In this document: positions 49,872-59,434 of the stretch, piece after piece
How the letters are laid out: each line of letters opens with the position of its first letter
How positions within the stretch are numbered: position 1 is the stretch's first letter
From: Pseudomonadota bacterium
GTDB taxonomy: Bacteria; Bdellovibrionota_B; Oligoflexia; Silvanigrellales; Silvanigrellaceae
Reading direction: 5' to 3'
Length of the DNA: 64,000 nucleotides
Assembly (NCBI GenBank): GCA_039799905.1
Contig: JBDLRP010000034.1
Coordinates: forward strand, 1 to 64,000
Translations under genes and position numbers: made by a program
Notes under the pieces: generated by a model
What the model was told of the DNA's origin: nothing
What the model saw: the letters and a program-made list of their open reading frames with translations, nothing else
The model's database searches: none

Positions 49872-51935
49872 ATGCAACAGACTCACAAGATCTATGACAT
49901 TGTTCGCGACGCTTACAGCCCGACCCATTACAACGAGCTCAACTGGCAGGGAAGTTTTGTTGAGTATCTTGAGATTATCGAAAAGAATCCGCGAGTCTGC
50001 CGCACCGCTTTTCAGCGTGTTTATGACATGATTATGCACTTTGGTACGTATGAATATGTTGAACACAAAAAGAAGCTTGTTCATTACAAATTCTTTGATG
50101 ATCCGCTGAGCGGCGGAAAGGATGCCGTCTTTGGTCTGGACGTTCACCTTGTGAAGCTGGTGAATTTCTTCAAAGCGGCGAGTCTGCGCTATGGTCCGGA
50201 AAAACGCGTGTTGTTGTTGCACGGACCTGTCGGTTCGGCAAAGTCGACGATCGCGCGTCTGCTGAAAAAGGGGCTCGAATGGTATTCTTACCAGCCCGAA
50301 GGTGCGCTCTACACGTATGATTGGATCGGTTTGAAAGAGCGTCTCAACATGGACGACATCATGGCGTGTCCGATGCATGAAGAACCTCTGCGTCTGATTC
50401 CTGAGGAGGCGCGTGCAAAAGTTCTCAGCCATCTCAACAAGGGCAAATCTTTTGATCAGAAGATTTTTGTCGAAGGCAATATCGACCCGGCATGCCGTTT
50501 TGTTTTCAATGAACTGATGAAGCAATACGGTGGCGATTGGGAAAAAGTTGTAAAAAACCACATTCGCGTGCGCAGGCTTCTTCTGTCGGAAAAAGACCGT
50601 GTCGGCATCGGGACGTTCCAGCCAAAAGATGAAAAGAATCAGGATTCGACAGAGCTCACCGGTGACCTCAACTACCGCAAGATCGCCGAATATGGTTCGG
50701 ACTCCGACCCGCGCGCGTTCAACTTTGACGGCGAGTTCAACATCTCCAACCGCGGTATGGTCGAGTTCGTCGAAATGCTCAAGCTCGACGTGGCATTCCT
50801 TTACGACCTTCTCGGTGCGTCGCAGGAACACCGCATCAAGCCGAAGAAATTCGCTCAGACGGACATCGATGAAGTGATTGTCGGTCACACGAACGAACCT
50901 GAGTACCGCAAGTTGCAGAACAACGAATTCATGGAGGCGCTGCGCGACCGTACTGTGAAGATCGACGTTCCCTACATCACGAAGCTCAAGGAAGAGACCA
51001 AGATCTACCGCAAGGATTTTAATGCCGAGAGCGTTCCGCATATCCATGTTGCACCGCACACGATCGAAACCGCATCGATGTGGGCGATTCTGACCCGCCT
51101 TGAGGAGCCGAAGAAGGCGAACCTCACGGTGATGCAGAAGCTCAAGTTGTATGACGGAAAGACGCTGCCCGGATACACCGAAGACAACATCAAGGAACTC
51201 CGCAAGGAAGCGATGCGCGAAGGCCTCGATGGAATCTCGCCGCGCTATATTCAGGACAAAATTTCCAATGCTCTCGTGGATGATCGCGGCAACGGCTGCA
51301 TCAACCCGTTCATTGTGCTTAACGAACTTGAGAGCGGTCTCAAAAACCATTCGCTCATCCGCGATGAGGAAACCAAAAAGCGCTACCGCGAACTGCTCGC
51401 TGTCGTGAAGCAGGAATATGAAGATATCGTCAAGAACGAGGTCCAGCGTGCGATTTCGGCCGACGAAGAGGCGATTGCCAAATTGTGCGGTAACTACATC
51501 GACAACGTGAAGGCCTATACGCAGAAAGAGCGCGTTCGCAATAAGTATACCGGTCAGAGCGAAGAGCCTGATGAGCGCCTGATGCGCAGCATCGAAGAGA
51601 AGATCGACATTCCGGAAAGCCGCAAGGACGACTTCCGCCGTGAGATCATGAACTACATCGGTGCTCTTGCACTTGAAGGCAAGACCTTCGACTACAAGAC
51701 CAACGAACGTCTGCATAAGGCACTTGAGCTCAAGTTGTTTGAAGATCAGAAAGACACGATCAAGCTGACAAGCCTTGTCTCCAACGTCGTCGACAAGGAG
51801 ACACAGGCGAAGATTGACGTGGTCAAGAACCGCCTGATCAAGAACTACGGCTATTGCGACATTTGTTCGAACGACGCGCTGCACTTCGTTGCAAGTATTT
51901 TTGCGCGTGGTGATGTGAAGCGTTCTGCGAACTGA
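49872..51935 (+). CDS. prkA: PrkA/YeaG family AAA+ serine kinase
   Basis: [58 protein letters not shown]. Confidence 0.95.
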   Translation: MQQTHKIYDIVRDAYSPTHYNELNWQGSFVEYLEIIEKNPRVCRTAFQRVYDMIMHFGTYEYVEHKKKLVHYKFFDDPLSGGKDAVFGLDVHLVKLVNFFKAASLRYGPEKRVLLLHGPVGSAKSTIARLLKKGLEWYSYQPEGALYTYDWIGLKERLNMDDIMACPMHEEPLRLIPEEARAKVLSHLNKGKSFDQKIFVEGNIDPACRFVFNELMKQYGGDWEKVVKNHIRVRRLLLSEKDRVGIGTFQPKDEKNQDSTELTGDLNYRKIAEYGSDSDPRAFNFDGEFNISNRGMVEFVEMLKLDVAFLYDLLGASQEHRIKPKKFAQTDIDEVIVGHTNEPEYRKLQNNEFMEALRDRTVKIDVPYITKLKEETKIYRKDFNAESVPHIHVAPHTIETASMWAILTRLEEPKKANLTVMQKLKLYDGKTLPGYTEDNIKELRKEAMREGLDGISPRYIQDKISNALVDDRGNGCINPFIVLNELESGLKNHSLIRDEETKKRYRELLAVVKQEYEDIVKNEVQRAISADEEAIAKLCGNYIDNVKAYTQKERVRNKYTGQSEEPDERLMRSIEEKIDIPESRKDDFRREIMNYIGALALEGKTFDYKTNERLHKALELKLFEDQKDTIKLTSLVSNVVDKETQAKIDVVKNRLIKNYGYCDICSNDALHFVASIFARGDVKRSAN

Positions 51936-51984
51936 TGAGTCCTGCGCTTGGCGTTAATCTCACGGCGCTTGAGGAGTTTTCAAG

Positions 51985-53088
51985 ATGAAGATGGAAACCG
52001 ACGTTAACCGCTTCCGGCGAATTGTGCGGGGACGAATCAAGGAAAACCTCAAGCGCTTTATTTCTTCCGGCGAATTGATTGGCAGGCAAGGAAATAAGCA
52101 GGTGACTATTCCGTTGCCGCGCATCGACCTTCCTCGCTTTCAGTTCGGCGGCAATCAGCAAAAGGGTGTCGGGCAGGGCGACGGCCAGCCCGGTGATCCG
52201 CTCAATCAGGGACAACCACAGCCGGGCGAGGGTGAGGCCGGACAAAATCCGGGTGACCACGGCCTTGAGGTCGATGTCTCGCTTGAGGAGCTTGCCGATA
52301 TTCTTGGCGAGGAACTTCAACTTCCGCGTATCGAAGACAAGGGCAAGAAGAACGTTAAGTCGCGCAAGTTCAAGTATCACGGAGTCCTCAAGACGGGCCC
52401 CGAGGGTCTGCGCAATTTCAAGCGCACTTACAAAGAGGCTCTCAAGCGGCAAATCGCTTCCGATGAGTATGTTCCCGAGCGTCCTTCGGTCATTCCAATC
52501 AAAGAAGACAAGCGCTACCGCAGCTTCAAGATTGAGGAAAACCCTGAGGCCAGTGCTGTCATCATTTATATGATGGACGTTTCAGGTTCGATGGGTGACG
52601 AACAAAAGGAAATTGTCCGCCTGACCGCATTCTGGCTGGATACCTGGCTCAAACGCAATTACGACAACATTGAAACACGCTTCATCATTCACGACGCCGT
52701 TGCGCGGGAAGTTGATGAGCAGACTTTTTATCACACAAAAGAGAGCGGCGGCACGCTGATTTCGAGCGCATATAAATTGTGTGAGAAGATTATCAAGGAA
52801 GACTATCCGCTTGATGAATGGAATGTTTATCTTTTCCATTTTTCGGACGGCGACAACTGGAGCGGCAACGATACCAATGAGTGTATGCTGCTGCTCGACA
52901 ATGTTCTGCTGCCTGCTTCCAATCTGTTCAGTTACGGACAGGTCGAGAGCCGATATGGCAGCGGACAGTTCCTCAAGGACCTCGAGAAGCATTTCGGTGA
53001 TTCTCAGGAAAAAGTCGTAACCCATCAGATCAAGGACCGCGACGGCATCATGAATGCGCTGAAGGTCTTTCTTGGTAAAGGAAAATAA
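51985..53088 (+). CDS. yeaH: YeaH/YhbH (DUF444) vWA-like protein
   Basis: [25 protein letters not shown]; follows prkA. Confidence 0.93.
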   Translation: MKMETDVNRFRRIVRGRIKENLKRFISSGELIGRQGNKQVTIPLPRIDLPRFQFGGNQQKGVGQGDGQPGDPLNQGQPQPGEGEAGQNPGDHGLEVDVSLEELADILGEELQLPRIEDKGKKNVKSRKFKYHGVLKTGPEGLRNFKRTYKEALKRQIASDEYVPERPSVIPIKEDKRYRSFKIEENPEASAVIIYMMDVSGSMGDEQKEIVRLTAFWLDTWLKRNYDNIETRFIIHDAVAREVDEQTFYHTKESGGTLISSAYKLCEKIIKEDYPLDEWNVYLFHFSDGDNWSGNDTNECMLLLDNVLLPASNLFSYGQVESRYGSGQFLKDLEKHFGDSQEKVVTHQIKDRDGIMNALKVFLGKGK

Positions 53089-53090
53089 TC

Positions 53091-54632
53091 ATGGTGATGG
53101 ACCCGCGTCTGACCAGCGAGCTGACTCCCGAGCTGAGAAATATCGTGCAGGAGATCGAGTCGCAGTGTAGAAATCTGGGTCTCGATTATTTTCCGGTCAT
53201 TTTTGAAATGGTCGATTACCAGCAGATGAGTGAAATTGCCGCCTACGGTGGGTTTCCGACCCGTTATCCGCACTGGCGGTTCGGGATGGAATACGAGCAT
53301 CTCTCCAAGAGTTATGAGTACGGCCTTAGTCTCATTTATGAGATGGTCATCAACAATGACCCCTGCTACGCGTATCTTCTCAAGAGCAACTCACTTGTCG
53401 ACCAGAAGACGGTGATCGCGCACGTATACGGCCACTGTGACTTTTTCAAAAACAACTATTGTTTCCAACATACCAACAGAAAAATGTTGGATGAAATGGC
53501 CAACCACGGCAGCCGGGTCAGACGCTATATCGAGGAAGTCGGGCACGATGAGGTGGAAACCTTTATCGACACTTGTCTTTCGCTGGAAAACCTCATCGAC
53601 CAGCATGCTCCGCACATCCGCCGTGAACCCAAAATTCTTCGCGACGCCGAAGAGCTTTTGCCTCCCGACAAGCGACCTATTCCGAAGCTGCCGACCCAGC
53701 GCAGCTACATGGACGGTTACATCAATCCAGAAAGTTATTTAAAGGAGCAGCAGGAAAAGATTGTCCGCGAATTCGAGCGCGAAAAACGTTTTCCTGAGTC
53801 ACCCCGCCGCGATGTTCTGCAATTCCTGATCGAGCATGCTCCGTTGTCCGCATGGCAGCGTGATGTGCTCTCCATTGTGCGCGAGGAGGCATATTACTTC
53901 GCGCCGCAGGGGCAAACCAAAATCATGAACGAAGGCTGGGCTGTGTACTGGCACTCAAAACTCATGACGGAATACGTTCTGAACGACTCCGAAGTGATTG
54001 ACTACTGCGACCACTACGCGGGCGTGACAGCAACCTCGGGCATGCGGCTCAACCCTTACAAGGTCGGGGTTGAATTGATGCGTCATATTGAAAACCGCTG
54101 GAACAAGGGTCGTTTCGGTCTTGACTATATGCTGTGCGATGATCCCGCCGTTCGCAAAGCATGGAATACCAACACAAACCGCGGCCGCGAAAAGCTTTTT
54201 GAAGTTCGCAAATTTCACAACGACATCACCTTCATCGACGAATTTCTCGATGAGGATTTTTGTGAAGAGGCGAAGATGTTCACGTGGGCTGCCGACAGGC
54301 GTACGGGGCAGGCTGTCATTAACGAACGTGATTTTCCTGCCATCAAAAAAGAACTTCTTGATGCACTGACCAACTTTGGCCAGCCGGTGATCGAAGTTGT
54401 TGATGGCAATTTCCGCAACCGCGGCGAGTTGCTTCTCTCGCACAAACATCAGGGCAAGGATCTGAAGGTTGACTGGGCGATGGAGACGATGTCGAGTTTG
54501 TTCAAGCTCTGGAATCGTCCGGTGAACCTTGCAACTGTGCTGGAAGGCGAGTCGCGATTGCTTGTTTTTGATGGAGGCGAGCCCCGCATTGAGAAGTCTG
54601 TCGCCGGTGATGATGCGGCTGCTTCTCTGTGA
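53091..54632 (+). CDS. spoVR: SpoVR/YcgB family protein
   Basis: RYPHWRFG, YEMVINNDPC, AHVYGHCDFFKNN, QTKIMNEGWA. Confidence 0.95.
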   Translation: MVMDPRLTSELTPELRNIVQEIESQCRNLGLDYFPVIFEMVDYQQMSEIAAYGGFPTRYPHWRFGMEYEHLSKSYEYGLSLIYEMVINNDPCYAYLLKSNSLVDQKTVIAHVYGHCDFFKNNYCFQHTNRKMLDEMANHGSRVRRYIEEVGHDEVETFIDTCLSLENLIDQHAPHIRREPKILRDAEELLPPDKRPIPKLPTQRSYMDGYINPESYLKEQQEKIVREFEREKRFPESPRRDVLQFLIEHAPLSAWQRDVLSIVREEAYYFAPQGQTKIMNEGWAVYWHSKLMTEYVLNDSEVIDYCDHYAGVTATSGMRLNPYKVGVELMRHIENRWNKGRFGLDYMLCDDPAVRKAWNTNTNRGREKLFEVRKFHNDITFIDEFLDEDFCEEAKMFTWAADRRTGQAVINERDFPAIKKELLDALTNFGQPVIEVVDGNFRNRGELLLSHKHQGKDLKVDWAMETMSSLFKLWNRPVNLATVLEGESRLLVFDGGEPRIEKSVAGDDAAASL

Positions 54633-55675
54633 TTAGGTTTTTTTTGTTGTTCTCCGCCGCAGTCACTGCGACGTCGTGTGCGCCGGTTGCTGTCGTTCAT
54701 GACAGCACTGAGATTCCGAGTCGTCCAAAAACTGACCTTGGTCTTTTGGGTAATGCCCGTGTTGCGAGAAACTTTGAAAATTATGTGAACAACGCGACGG
54801 CGCATTGCCACGGCGGAGGATCAGGCGGGAAGAGGATTCTTCTCAGCGGTTTTGGGCCATTCAACCGGCGGCGCAATATATCCGGTGCCGTCATTGATGT
54901 GTTGCAGCGCAGCGTTTTGTGGCCGAGCGAAAGCCGCTGGCCTGCGGTGACTGCCGGCTTTGCCGCTCCCAACTTTCTTCCCGACGATCGCATCGGCGAA
55001 ATAGGCGCCTCGGCGCTGCAGCGGACTATCCGTTATGATGGGCAGGAGTTTGAGCTTTGTTTGCTGAAACTCTCAGTTGAGTGGGATTTTGCAGCTGCGG
55101 TCATTTTGCATGAAGCTGAAAAATTTCAGCCCGATTTTATCTTGATGACGGGCTATGGCAATAATCTGAACGGAGTGCGGCTCGAAGCTGGCGCACTCAA
55201 TCAAACACGCAGGCTTTCGGGATTCGATGCTCACGGACGTGTGCTTGGTGAATTGAATTCTCCCGAGTCAGCTTGGGTTTTGCCACCTGAGTTGAATTTG
55301 CACGAGCAGCTCAGCATGGATTGGAATCCGCGTGTCATTGCATCCCGACTCTCCGCCCGACTGCAGCAGGTATCACGCGCAACGCGCCGCTCTGGAACTT
55401 CAGAGGAGTGGAAGTTTGTTGCTTATGACAAGGCTGATCCTGAAAATGATTACGTCTGCAATAACGTCAGCTACAGCGTTCTTGCAGCTCTGCAGTCGCA
55501 ATCAGTGATTCCGCTTGCCGGCGGCAAGGTGCGTCTGAGGCCCCGTTTTGCAGGCCGCGTCGGAGCTGCTTTTTTGCATTATCCGTACGAATCGGATGTG
55601 ACCTCCGCAGAGGAGGTTTGGGCATGGACGCATCTTCTACTCACGGTGGCTGGTGTGGTGGATGCCGCATTCTGA
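54629..55675 (+). CDS. Pyroglutamyl-peptidase I (C15)-like lipoprotein
   Basis: Lipobox ATSC; LSGFGPF, RLE..ALN, YVCN, FLHYP (E/C/H triad); GTGA overlap with spoVR. Confidence 0.78.
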   Translation: MIRFFLLFSAAVTATSCAPVAVVHDSTEIPSRPKTDLGLLGNARVARNFENYVNNATAHCHGGGSGGKRILLSGFGPFNRRRNISGAVIDVLQRSVLWPSESRWPAVTAGFAAPNFLPDDRIGEIGASALQRTIRYDGQEFELCLLKLSVEWDFAAAVILHEAEKFQPDFILMTGYGNNLNGVRLEAGALNQTRRLSGFDAHGRVLGELNSPESAWVLPPELNLHEQLSMDWNPRVIASRLSARLQQVSRATRRSGTSEEWKFVAYDKADPENDYVCNNVSYSVLAALQSQSVIPLAGGKVRLRPRFAGRVGAAFLHYPYESDVTSAEEVWAWTHLLLTVAGVVDAAF

Positions 55676-55681
55676 GCACGT

Positions 55682-56113
55682 TCAAAGTGCAATGCAGGCA
55701 CTTTCGGAAGGCTCCGAGGTTTTTCGACCTGATTCAGCGATCAAATAGAAGCAGACTTCTTTTCCTGAGTCAGTTTGCTGGCCAAGGGCTGCGAGCGGAA
55801 CTTGTGCCGAGGTCGGCGTATCCTGTCCGGCGCTTTTCAGGACAGTCTTGACGAGCTTTCCGCCGGTCGATTTCTTTTCCGCGTCTGTGAAGTAAATCTT
55901 ATAGCCTGACACGCTGTCGCTTGGTTTGTCCCAGCTGAGAAACAGAGCGTCTTGTGCGTCTGCGGACTGGGCTCCGGTCTCGGGGCCTGCGTTCTCGACG
56001 TCAGCTGTTTGCTGTGTTTGTCCGGACGGCAGAACGACGGCCTGTGTACTGCATGCCCCGAGGCTTACAGCCAGTGTCATTAACGTATGAAGTAAAGCCG
56101 TTGGGACATTCAT
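55682..56113 (-). CDS. Small lipoprotein with a fibronectin type III-like domain
   Basis: Lipobox LGAC; LFLSWDKP..VSGYKIYF..CFYLIA..SEPS; ATG 56113 lies 1 nt after the upstream stop. Confidence 0.7.
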   Translation of the reverse strand: MNVPTALLHTLMTLAVSLGACSTQAVVLPSGQTQQTADVENAGPETGAQSADAQDALFLSWDKPSDSVSGYKIYFTDAEKKSTGGKLVKTVLKSAGQDTPTSAQVPLAALGQQTDSGKEVCFYLIAESGRKTSEPSESACIAL

Positions 56114-56114
56114 A

Positions 56115-56648
56115 TCATTTCCGCCGTTGAATCTTGAATCCCGCAGGTTTTGCAGGTGCCTTGTCGCTGTTGGAAATGCTGACGTCTGTGCACGAGTAGT
56201 AGTTGCTGGGAGCATTTGGATTGTCGAGCATCACCTGTATCAGCTGGAACGCGCACTCCGGACAATCCACAGCCGGAACCTGAAAAGTTATTTTGTACTG
56301 GTGATTGTTGCCATTGCGGATTGGGTTGTTCTGCGTGTCATCGAGTTTCGCAAGCGGAGAGGGCACACCGGCGACTTTCTGGTCGTTTGCCCCCAACAGA
56401 TGCACCTCGTAATAGCCTGGGTGGTTGATGGTTTCCTCAAATTCCAGAGTAACCGATTCGCCGGCTGTGTATTTTTTTACGTTGGCAGTGCGGCTCGTTC
56501 CTCCGCAGGGAGCGGTTTTTAAGCCTGAGTCCTCGCTTCGTGGAGCCGATACAGAACTGCCTGCCTTCCAGCGCGCATGGCCTTGCGCCTTCAAGCTGGC
56601 GAACGCCGACAAAAACACCATTAATTTTGCAATCCGAAAATCCAACAC
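56115..56648 (-). CDS. Secreted SCE4755-family polysaccharide monooxygenase-like (His-brace) protein
   Basis: Signal peptide AQG|H giving mature His1; PR..GLKTAPCG, EETINHPG, CPECAFQLIQVM, YYSCTD. Confidence 0.78.
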   Translation of the reverse strand: MLDFRIAKLMVFLSAFASLKAQGHARWKAGSSVSAPRSEDSGLKTAPCGGTSRTANVKKYTAGESVTLEFEETINHPGYYEVHLLGANDQKVAGVPSPLAKLDDTQNNPIRNGNNHQYKITFQVPAVDCPECAFQLIQVMLDNPNAPSNYYSCTDVSISNSDKAPAKPAGFKIQRRK

Positions 56649-56844
56649 AACAATCGCCCCGTCGTCTGGTGTCTAGTATCGGTTGTTTTCTCAAATTTAT
56701 TAGTATTTTCTTGTGGAGTTGAGCAATCTTGGCTGTTTATTCGCAACTCTGGGTTCTCCCAGTTCGAATCTTGGCTCTCCTATTTAGCCGCTCCGCGGCT
56801 GACGATAGCGGCAACTCTGAAATTTTTGGCTGCCCTGATTTCTT

Positions 56845-59136
56845 TTAGTTCTCAAAGGTAATGTCGGCGGCAGGCTCGCTGATAAACAGTGCTTTTACTC
56901 CATCAATCATCCCGACGCGGCCGCGCACGCGAGTGACAACCTTTCCTGCACTTTGCTGGAGAGTGCTGCGCAGCCACTGCTTGTTTTGTGCAAAGGCGCG
57001 GTCGGTGCTCAAAATGACAATGCGATCGCGAGCTGTCAGGTTTTCACGCGCATCCAAGTCGAAGGCAACGTTGTGCAATCCGGTTTTTCTCAGCGTCAGC
57101 CGAGCCTGAATGAGCAGACAATCGCCGCGTTGTGCTGCAGACAAAACGTCAGTCACTGTGGATGAATCCGCGGACCGAGTTTCCGAGTCCAGGCAGGCTG
57201 CTGCGGGGACTGCGACATTTCCGAGTTGAGCGACCTGCTGATTTTCAACGCTTTCATCAAAAACACGACCGCTGATGTTTGCAGAAGATAGACCCGAACG
57301 CTTCAGTTCAGCGATGAGCGGCAGGTGATCCGAATAGCCGTGGTCACGGTGAAAGGTGCGCAGAGTTCCATCGGCGTCCTTGATCTGCAGACGTTGTGAG
57401 CGGAAAGGAAGAAAGTCGCCGTTGCGCAAAAACTTCGCAGCCACTCCGAATTCTCCGGCAACAAAAAGCGGCTGCGCCAAGACGAGCGGACTGTCGGTCA
57501 GCAGGGGGCGTGTCACCACCAGGTTGTCGATTGCGGTGAGTTGGCCGTCGTGGGGATAATCTCCTTGTTCCTGCGCCGGACGCGATTGCCAGAGGTTGAA
57601 CAGATGATCGTCCGACTGCCTTGCCAGTGAGATTGTCGGCGCCAGTCGCAGGCCATTCTGTACCGAGGCTTCGCGGTAATCTGCATTGAAGTCGCCCATG
57701 ATCATTGCCAATGGAGTGCGGCCATGGGTTTTTGCAAGCAGCTGCAGATGATCACGCATGAGTTCGCCGATCTTCTGGCGCATCACGTCGCCCAAAGGTG
57801 ATTTGTCGCGCTTGCTCTTCCAGTGGCTGTTGAGCAGCGTGAGTCCGAGTCCCTCTGGGAGTCCCACGGTAATTCTTTGCGGGTCGCGTGATGCATTGAT
57901 GAAGTCTTCACGCTCCTCCGCAGTCAGCTGTTCAGAGTCGAAGCGGAAATCGAGCCGGTGGTTTTCGATGATCGGATACTTGCTGATGAAGGCTGTTGTC
58001 ACCGCCGTTGGGTTGTCTTCGCCTTGCAGACCGAGCGCATAGTGGTTGTAGCCAAGCGAAGCCAGCAGCGGCTTGAGCAATTCCAACGAGCGGCTGCTGT
58101 TGCCGGCACTTTCAATTTCCTGCATGCCAACCACATCCGGCAATCCGGCGATGAGAAGAGCTTCACGGATGCGGAGCGCCTTCTTAACTGCAAATCCTTC
58201 GCTGTACCAGTCAGAGCGCTGCGCTGAAAAATCGTCGTAGGCGTTGCTGTTTTCCGGCACGTCATCCCAAAAATTTTCGACGTTGTACGAGGCGACGCGA
58301 AGAGCATCAGCGCCTGCGTGTTCATAGACGGCAGCGGATCCTGCAGCAGGGTGCGTAGCTGGAGCAATGCGTGGAAGGGTCAGGCGCATGCTGCCATCAG
58401 ATGAGCGTGATAAAGAAATCGTTGCATTTGAATCGCTGCAGCGGCTGCGCGGGCAGGGTAACTGCAACACTCCCGAAGGAGAATTCAATGCGTTGATTTG
58501 CTCTGCCGAGAGAGTCGCGCTGAATTGACTTTGCTCTCCCGCTGCGGACTCACTGACAATGAGAGTCTGCTGACGGACGACAAGCTCAGCCTTATGAGAT
58601 GGAAGTTTTTTGTCATGGAGAAAAACTCCGGCAGAATTTAAGAGTAGATTTTGCAGGACACGTGTGGCCCGAGGCTCTGCCTGCGTCGACTTCGCATCGA
58701 GGTCAAGCTCAAGCACCTGACCTGTGCAATTCAGAACGAAGGAATGTTTTTGAGAGTTTGATAAAAGATTTTGTTTTTTCCGGCTCAGCTCGCATCTGCT
58801 CCGTTGCCCGTTTTTAAAAATTGCCTCAGCGCTGAGATTCAAATTTTCGATGGATTGAACAAGTCCCAGATGTTGCAGTGTGCCGTCATTGGGATTCAGC
58901 GAATACGAACTGCTGAGACCCGCGTGCTGCGGCGAAACGGCATTGAGCAATATTTGTTCTGCGAGTGGATGTGAACCGCGCACAGTAGCGGTCAGATCAT
59001 TCAGCTTGCCCACACCGGGAAGATGAGAGGGAGCAGTTGATTTTATCTCGGAGCGAGTCCGCTTTGCGCAGGCGATTGCCGACGCTACGACCATGAGTGT
59101 CATGACTGAAGTGAAAATCTTGTGGGACGATTTCAT
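56845..59136 (-). CDS. Lipoprotein endonuclease/exonuclease/phosphatase (EEP) family nuclease
   Basis: Lipobox AIAC; SYNVENFWD, QEIE, HWKSK, MGDFN, IDN, YSDHLP. Confidence 0.88.
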   Translation of the reverse strand: MKSSHKIFTSVMTLMVVASAIACAKRTRSEIKSTAPSHLPGVGKLNDLTATVRGSHPLAEQILLNAVSPQHAGLSSSYSLNPNDGTLQHLGLVQSIENLNLSAEAIFKNGQRSRCELSRKKQNLLSNSQKHSFVLNCTGQVLELDLDAKSTQAEPRATRVLQNLLLNSAGVFLHDKKLPSHKAELVVRQQTLIVSESAAGEQSQFSATLSAEQINALNSPSGVLQLPCPRSRCSDSNATISLSRSSDGSMRLTLPRIAPATHPAAGSAAVYEHAGADALRVASYNVENFWDDVPENSNAYDDFSAQRSDWYSEGFAVKKALRIREALLIAGLPDVVGMQEIESAGNSSRSLELLKPLLASLGYNHYALGLQGEDNPTAVTTAFISKYPIIENHRLDFRFDSEQLTAEEREDFINASRDPQRITVGLPEGLGLTLLNSHWKSKRDKSPLGDVMRQKIGELMRDHLQLLAKTHGRTPLAMIMGDFNADYREASVQNGLRLAPTISLARQSDDHLFNLWQSRPAQEQGDYPHDGQLTAIDNLVVTRPLLTDSPLVLAQPLFVAGEFGVAAKFLRNGDFLPFRSQRLQIKDADGTLRTFHRDHGYSDHLPLIAELKRSGLSSANISGRVFDESVENQQVAQLGNVAVPAAACLDSETRSADSSTVTDVLSAAQRGDCLLIQARLTLRKTGLHNVAFDLDARENLTARDRIVILSTDRAFAQNKQWLRSTLQQSAGKVVTRVRGRVGMIDGVKALFISEPAADITFEN

Positions 59137-59354
59137 GATTCAGACCTCGCAGTCGGTGTTTGACCGCCCGGGCCGGCGGATGGCGCCAAGGGTTATCAGC
59201 GAGTCGTCTTCAAGTCGAATAAAATTTGCACTTATCATCGAAAATTCTGCGATCTGTTCATAAAAAATACGGTGTAAAATTCTTAGACACATAAGCCTAT
59301 TTTTTTTATTTGGATAAGTTGACGATAGTCCCGTTCTTTTGTCGTAATCAGAAT

Positions 59355-59370
59355 TGGCACTGGCATTGCT
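59355..59370 (+). promoter_or_regulatory. Sigma54 -24/-12 promoter (consensus match)
   Basis: TGGCAC-TGGCA-TTGCT, 64 nt upstream of ATG 59435, with an AT-rich tract further upstream. Confidence 0.78.
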
Positions 59371-59434
59371 CTGCGGCAACAGACTCGGAGTGTCCGCACC
59401 GGACGCTTCATATTCCATTCCGCGGGGACGTATC

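Noticed and set aside
49695..51884. 729-aa antisense ORF opposite prkA
   Set aside because: It mirrors a strongly codon-biased conserved gene and has no recognisable motif; typical shadow ORF.
56100..56160. Frameshifted single LPMO-FN3 gene
   Set aside because: The downstream ORF has its own ATG, hydrophobic signal and LGAC lipobox, so two genes are more likely.
56714..56782. Possible tRNA gene (GTTCGAATC)
   Set aside because: The T-stem has a mismatch, the acceptor stem pairs only 4/7, and there is no convincing D or anticodon arm; kept only as a low-interest observation.
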